DNA of 64,000 bases from Candidatus Latescibacterota bacterium (lineage in GTDB: Bacteria; Latescibacterota; UBA2968; GCA-2709665), in the NCBI GenBank assembly GCA_963667175.2, contig CAXXXF010000004.1, forward strand, positions 32,001 to 96,000, read 5' to 3'. Of this stretch, positions 58,760-64,000 are shown piece by piece (within the stretch, counting starts at the first letter, position 1; the number at the start of each line of letters is the position of its first letter). Both the position numbers and the translations under genes were made by a program. The notes beneath the pieces were generated by a model. That model worked only from the letters and a program-made list of their open reading frames with translations. It ran no database searches and was not told the DNA's origin.

Positions 58760-60493
58760 ATAGAACAGGTAAACGAGTACATTCGCTACGAGCCGGAGGA
58801 TCGGTGCCCACTTCTCCTTTCGTTTGGCGTCGCCATACAGGGCGTAATGCTTGGCCTTGCAAACACTATCGTGCTTGTGATCGTTATCGTCCGCGCCGGA
58901 GACCAGGGGGAAGATTACCTGTCGTGGGCCACATTCTCGGCGCTGGCAATCAGCGGAGTTGTTACGGTTCTGCAGGCGGGCCGCGCCGGAAGGCTGGGTG
59001 CGGGACACGTGCTCATGACCGGCGCCGGCCCCCACTTCATAGCGGTGGCCGTGCTGGCAATGTCACTGGGCGGGCTGCCCATGTTCGCTACCCTCACCGT
59101 CGTGTCGTCGCTGGTCCAGTTTGCGATTGCGCAGTGGCTCCCGCTGCTGAGGCGCGTCATCACGCCCATTGTCTCCGGGACGGCGCTCATGCTGATAGCG
59201 GTCACGGTCATGGCGATCGCCATCGAGGGGCTGGGAGAGATACCCGAGGGAGCGCCGCCGGCCTCGGGCCCGGCTGTCGCCGCAGTGATGCTGGCGGTCG
59301 CCGTAGTGTTGGCAATGCGGGCATCCGGGATATGGCGGCTATGGGCCACGCTCATCGGAATCGTTTCGGGTTGCGCTATCGCCGCCCTCTTCGGACTGTA
59401 CGACCCCCGGCAAGTGTTCGATGCGCCATGGGTCTGCACGCCGGACGTCGCTGCATGGCCGGGGCTGTACCTGGGGCTAGGCGCGGAGTTCTGGACCCTT
59501 CTGCCGGCTTTCCTGATTGTGAATCTCGTGGCCGCCATCAGGGTAAGCGGAGACGGCGTTGTCATCCAGCGGGTCTCGCGGGCCAAGCCGCAGGCGCCCG
59601 ACTTCCGTCTGGTTCAGGCCGCAGTCAACACCAACGGGCTGGGAACGCTGCTGGCCGGAATCGCCGGGACGCTGCCCACGATTGTCTACACACCGGCCGT
59701 CGCAATGCTCATCACGCTAACCGGGGTCGCGGCGCGCAGCGTCGGCTATGCGATCGGGGCGATCCTGATCGCGCTGGCGTTCCTGCCGAAGGCCACGGCT
59801 ATTCTGCTGACGATTCCCAGCCCGGTAACGGGGGCCTTCCTGCTGATGATAATGGGTCTTCTCTTCGTCGAGGGCATGAGGATGGTCGTCCAGGACGGGT
59901 TAGATCATCGAAAGGCCATTGTGGTGGGAGTGTCCCTCGCGATAGGAGTGGGACTGGAGAGCAGCAACGTCCTGGCGGACCTGCTGGGCCAAACGTGGGG
60001 CGCGTCACTCGGCAACGGCATGACCATGGGCATCCTGGCGGCTGTACTGATGACCCTGTTCATCGAGCTGACCAGCCCACGGCGCACGCGCCTGGAGACC
60101 ACGCTGGACATCTCCGCTTTTCCCAAGATTGACGAGTTCATGGTCGAGCTTGCGTCGAGCATCAGGTGGAACGAAGCGTCCGTGCAGCGGCTGCGCGCCG
60201 CGGGCGAGGAGACGCTATCGAGCCTCCTGAAAACCGGTGATGACCGCGGAGCCGATGGAGCGCCGCGGTTGATAATCGTTGCCCGCCCGGGCGAGGCGGT
60301 GGAGTTGGAGTTCCTGGCGGTCTTCGACGAAGAGAACATCGAAGACCGGCTGACGCACCTGAGCGAACAGGCCGAGGTCCCGCAAGAACACGAGATATCC
60401 TTCTGGTTGCTGCGGCACTATGCGTCTTCCGTGCGTCACCGGCAATACCAGGGCATAGACGTCGTTACGGTTCAGGTGGAGGGTTCACGCTGA
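58760..60493 (+). CDS. NCS2-like nucleobase permease fused to a soluble C-terminal domain
   Basis: Many TM helices, GAGHVL, FLPK, IPSPV; IRYEPED N-terminal motif lies upstream of the first ATG (58847); start proposed at ATA 58760. Confidence 0.75.
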   Translation: MEQVNEYIRYEPEDRCPLLLSFGVAIQGVMLGLANTIVLVIVIVRAGDQGEDYLSWATFSALAISGVVTVLQAGRAGRLGAGHVLMTGAGPHFIAVAVLAMSLGGLPMFATLTVVSSLVQFAIAQWLPLLRRVITPIVSGTALMLIAVTVMAIAIEGLGEIPEGAPPASGPAVAAVMLAVAVVLAMRASGIWRLWATLIGIVSGCAIAALFGLYDPRQVFDAPWVCTPDVAAWPGLYLGLGAEFWTLLPAFLIVNLVAAIRVSGDGVVIQRVSRAKPQAPDFRLVQAAVNTNGLGTLLAGIAGTLPTIVYTPAVAMLITLTGVAARSVGYAIGAILIALAFLPKATAILLTIPSPVTGAFLLMIMGLLFVEGMRMVVQDGLDHRKAIVVGVSLAIGVGLESSNVLADLLGQTWGASLGNGMTMGILAAVLMTLFIELTSPRRTRLETTLDISAFPKIDEFMVELASSIRWNEASVQRLRAAGEETLSSLLKTGDDRGADGAPRLIIVARPGEAVELEFLAVFDEENIEDRLTHLSEQAEVPQEHEISFWLLRHYASSVRHRQYQGIDVVTVQVEGSR

Positions 60494-60540
60494 GCCCGCC
60501 GGCCTGAAAACATCAATAAACAAGAGAAAGGGAGAGCGAC

Positions 60541-60894
60541 ATGGCAGGATATGCGATAATCCATTACGAGATTCACAACCGGGCCCTCTTCGCCGAGTTC
60601 CTCAGCCGGGTCGGGGCAACCATAGCGGCTCACGGGGGGCGATACCTGGTGCGCGCCGGGGCCATCAAGGTCGTGGACGGCGACCCACCTCCTGACCGCA
60701 TCGCCGTGCCGGAGCTCAACAGTGCCGAGATTGAGGTCATTGACGGCGACTGGTCCCCCGACCGCCTCATTGTGCTGGAGTTTGACAGTAACGAGCGGGC
60801 GAGGGCCTCGCTGACCTCACCGGAATACACCGAGATCAAGAAGATCCGGACGGATGCGACGAAGGCCAACGTGATCGTTGTGGAGGGCGTGTAG
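60541..60894 (+). CDS. DUF1330 protein with an internal duplication
   Basis: HGGRYLVR, LIVLEFDS, SPEY, VIVVEG. Confidence 0.85.
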   Translation: MAGYAIIHYEIHNRALFAEFLSRVGATIAAHGGRYLVRAGAIKVVDGDPPPDRIAVPELNSAEIEVIDGDWSPDRLIVLEFDSNERARASLTSPEYTEIKKIRTDATKANVIVVEGV

Positions 60895-60945
60895 CCGCCC
60901 AGCCCCCGGCCCCGGATGCCGGTGGTCCGCATGAGGAAGACAGCC

Positions 60946-62310
60946 ATGGCAATCGAAAACATGCTGCAAGACCCGAACTATCGCCCGCCGATGGCGGAAG
61001 CTGTGCCGCTCGGCATCCAGCATGTGCTCGCGATGTTTGCGGGCAACGTCACCGTCCCGCTTCTTGTCGCCCTGGCGGCCGGACCGGAGTACATCGCGGT
61101 GCTGGTGCAGATTGCCCTGCTCGCCGCGGGCGTCGCCACCCTGATCCAGACCATCGGAATCGGTCCGGTGGGATCCCGCCTGCCCGTCGTCCAGGGGACC
61201 AGCTTCGCCTACGTCGGCATTCTGACTGCCGCCATCAAGAGCGGCGCCAACATGGCCGCGGTGTTCGGCGCCTCTCTGGTCGGCGGCCTGACCCAGATGG
61301 TCCTCGGCTACTTCATCCCGCAGGTTCGGAAGTTCATCCCCGCGCTCGTGTCCGGCGTGGTGGTGATGACCATCGGCTTCACCCTGTTGCCGGTGGGCAT
61401 CAAGTACGCTGCGGGGTGCGGCGCCTACCCCGCTCCCTTCTGCGAGCAGGCAGGCTTCGGGAGCGCCGCGAACTGGGCGATGGCCCTGTTCGTGATCATC
61501 ATCACTCTGCTCATCCGCCGCTACGGCCGCGGTGTGTGGTCGAGCGCCTCGATCTTCATCGGGCTGGTGATCGGTTATCTGCTCGCCATTCCCTTCGGCA
61601 TGGTGGACGGGAAGAAGGCGGCCGCGATCGCAGAGGCGGCGTGGGTCGGATTGCCCGACACGTGGTTCGAGCTCGAGTTCACGTCCACTGCCGCGATCAG
61701 CCTCATCGGCCTGATGATCATCATGGCTTTCATTACCACGATCGAGACCGTGGGCGACATCTCGGGCATCACGATGGGCGGCGCCAACCGAGAGCCGACC
61801 GACCGGGAGCTGAAGGGCGGCATCATGGCGGACGGACTCGGCTCCGCGGTGGTGGCGCTGTTCGGCGGGCTGCCGAATACGTCGTACAGCCAGAACGTCG
61901 GCCTCGTCTCCTTCACCAGGGTCATGAGCCGGTACGTGGTCACCGTGGGCGCGGTCTTCCTCATCCTGTGCGGCCTCGTCCCCAAGCTCGCGGCAGTCAT
62001 CGCGGCGCTGCCGCAACCGGTGCTGGGAGGGGCGGCGGTGGTCATATTCGGCCTGATCGTGGCGGCCGGCCTGAAGCTGGTGGCGCAGTCCGGGCTGAAC
62101 ACCCGCAACATGCTCATCGCCGCCATCTCGCTCGGGCTCGGAATGGGGCTGTGGCAGGTTGATCAGCTCGCGGGAGCGGCCGGGTTCGGTCCGCTGCCGG
62201 TGGACCTTCTTCCCGCCTGGTCCATCCCGCTCTTTCTTTCCGGAATCGTGGTCTCGGGAGTCACCGCAGCGATCCTCAATGCTCTGATGCCCGACGAGAT
62301 CGGAGGATAG
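60946..62310 (+). CDS. NCS2/NAT xanthine-uric acid permease
   Basis: QHVLAMF, LPVVQGTSF, ETVGD, DGLGS, NAT signature QNVGLVSFTRV. Confidence 0.93.
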   Translation: MAIENMLQDPNYRPPMAEAVPLGIQHVLAMFAGNVTVPLLVALAAGPEYIAVLVQIALLAAGVATLIQTIGIGPVGSRLPVVQGTSFAYVGILTAAIKSGANMAAVFGASLVGGLTQMVLGYFIPQVRKFIPALVSGVVVMTIGFTLLPVGIKYAAGCGAYPAPFCEQAGFGSAANWAMALFVIIITLLIRRYGRGVWSSASIFIGLVIGYLLAIPFGMVDGKKAAAIAEAAWVGLPDTWFELEFTSTAAISLIGLMIIMAFITTIETVGDISGITMGGANREPTDRELKGGIMADGLGSAVVALFGGLPNTSYSQNVGLVSFTRVMSRYVVTVGAVFLILCGLVPKLAAVIAALPQPVLGGAAVVIFGLIVAAGLKLVAQSGLNTRNMLIAAISLGLGMGLWQVDQLAGAAGFGPLPVDLLPAWSIPLFLSGIVVSGVTAAILNALMPDEIGG

Positions 62311-62440
62311 GCCGGGCGGCGGGAAAGTCATCAGTAAAGGTTTCTGTTCTCCAAAGGGAAAATCCATCATGGATGAATCCAGAAGTCACTGCTGTCCAAG
62401 AACCGTCGGATTTCCAGAGATAAGGTTCAAAAAATGGCTT

Positions 62441-62676
62441 CAATAGGCGATTTTGGACGGGTTTGACCCGGATAATGAAAACCAGGTTTGCCATCTTCTG
62501 CGCAATGCTGTCCAAGAACAAGGTGACGTTTCCAGCGGCCATAATTGTGTTGTTTCCGTCTCAATAAGCCCGTGAAATAAGCACTTTGTGAATCTCAGGC
62601 GATCTTGGTCGAGGGATGGCTTCGCGGAAGTGAACCAGATGCTGTCCAAGACAGAAACCGATTTTGGACAGGTGTG
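62441..62676. repeat. ~236-bp direct repeat, copy 2
   Basis: Near-identical to 4-239. Confidence 0.95.
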
Positions 62677-62709
62677 TCCAGAAGTAATACTGATCAGGAA
62701 AAATCAGAA

Positions 62710-63729
62710 ATGTCTTCCCGCGATCGAGACAGAACTCTGCCCCGCTGGGGCGATAGTGACTTACTGGCAAGACTATTGGATACTTCGATTGACGAACTGC
62801 TTGAACCAGTTGCTCACGCAGGAGACAAGGCTCAATGTTATTTCCAGTCCTTGCGCGAAGTTCACTTACTGATGAGAGAGAATTATCTCGAGAATATCTG
62901 TCAGGTCGGACGCAACATATTTCCACTCATTATTGCCAGTGATGATGAACCTGGATTTGAAGGGGTAGGAGGTAGCTATACCCTCTATCTGGAAGACGGA
63001 ACATCGGAACGAATCGTGCCCGTTTCTCGTCAATATGAAATGTATAAGTGCCTGTCCCATATACCTCTAGGCATTTTCACCATCATTGCGCCCTATTTCA
63101 AGAATCCACAATCACAGGAATGGATTGATCCTCTGCGGAGATTCCGGTCCAGGGTAGAGGCGGCTCAGCAAGCCCTTGATGATGCCAGCCTGGATACCAA
63201 GACCATCCATCACAATAGAGCAATGCTGACACTGGCAGCGGAATATCTATCCGACTGCCTTGCCAGGAAGAATGCCAATCACAATGACTTTATCACTTTT
63301 TCGGAGCAGATATTCCCCTTTATTGAAGCGTCCATGTTCAATGCGGCGCGCTTGCAGGTGCAGGACACGATCCCTGAATTATTGAAATGGAAACAGAAGC
63401 TGGGTGAAAAGTGGCGTGATCTATATGTCCTGATACCCACGATATGGCCGGTGGCGGGACGCAATCCCCGCCAGCAGATCTTCGAGAAAATCATGGATCA
63501 GGAGCGTATAAAAACCCATATTATCATGCTGGAAGGGGCAAGAAATAAGGATGAGGCGCTGACTGGCCTAGGCCGAATCGTCGTTGACAGAGCCGTTGCG
63601 CGGCTGGTATTTGGCACTCGCACTGAAACTTCCTGTTCAATGGTATGCGCTCTTTCAACTCCCAGAGATATCGTATCCGATGCTTGTGACGCTGCTTTGA
63701 AGGAAATTGAAGATCTGATTCCAGATTGA
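62710..63729 (+). CDS. Hypothetical protein (~339 aa, lower GC)
   Basis: Open ORF; start placed at MSSRD after AGGA because the upstream extension lies within the repeat. Confidence 0.7.
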   Translation: MSSRDRDRTLPRWGDSDLLARLLDTSIDELLEPVAHAGDKAQCYFQSLREVHLLMRENYLENICQVGRNIFPLIIASDDEPGFEGVGGSYTLYLEDGTSERIVPVSRQYEMYKCLSHIPLGIFTIIAPYFKNPQSQEWIDPLRRFRSRVEAAQQALDDASLDTKTIHHNRAMLTLAAEYLSDCLARKNANHNDFITFSEQIFPFIEASMFNAARLQVQDTIPELLKWKQKLGEKWRDLYVLIPTIWPVAGRNPRQQIFEKIMDQERIKTHIIMLEGARNKDEALTGLGRIVVDRAVARLVFGTRTETSCSMVCALSTPRDIVSDACDAALKEIEDLIPD

Positions 63730-64000
63730 TTTAAGCGGACATGAATTCTAAGGGGCCTTGACAAGAGGGCCCAAAAGGGGCCTCATTGTCCATCTGCGGA
63801 TAAACATTAGCAGTCGTGCAAATTGGCTTTTAAAGAAGCTTTTTTCTTATTATCTTATTATACAAACACATAAGCCAATTCAGAAGTCAAAATAACAGCA
63901 GAACGGGAGCATGTTCTACCAGACAGACCCCGTTAACTCAAATGTACCAGGAACATATACCATGTTGAGATTTGCTGAAGAAATACTGCTGCTGCTTCAC

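Noticed and set aside
1-64000. CRISPR array or cas genes
   Set aside because: No run of equal-length repeats with unique spacers and no Cas motifs; the repeats found are dispersed or palindromic.
1-64000. tRNA or rRNA genes
   Set aside because: No cloverleaf or rRNA-like sequence recognised by eye; a tRNAscan run would be needed to exclude them fully.

Overview
GC-rich bacterial window. Its content (four PhyH dioxygenase genes, a sulfatase, a heparinase II/III protein, many TA/RM genes and intergenic repeat families) resembles uncultured marine or sponge-associated bacteria; that is an inference only. From left to right: (1) a defence/TA cluster at 0.2-7.1 kb (MmeI-like type IIL RM fusion, AAA+DUF4276, DUF2442, Phd-VapC); (2) metabolic genes at 7.3-22.7 kb, including a methyltransferase-hisI-hisG unit preceded by an unannotated His-rich leader peptide and attenuator hairpin; (3) a ~17 kb co-oriented catabolic cluster of largely uncharacterised enzymes at 23.4-40.2 kb; (4) an accessory island at 40.3-54.7 kb; (5) redox and purine-transport genes. 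The island holds the best candidate for a new system: a ubiquitin-like operon (Ubl ending in DDNS with no terminal Gly, an E2, a JAB-E1 fusion with no Cys in the crossover loop, and an HTH regulator) abutting a convergent papain/C39-like peptidase plus small partner. It also carries a large STAND ATPase-nuclease and an IS110 with a bridge-RNA-like leader and a tandemly duplicated right end. A UGA-containing redoxin with a UxxS motif and a SECIS-like hairpin is truncated in the ORF track. A 236-bp direct repeat lies at both ends of the window. All family assignments come from motifs recognised by eye, not from database searches.
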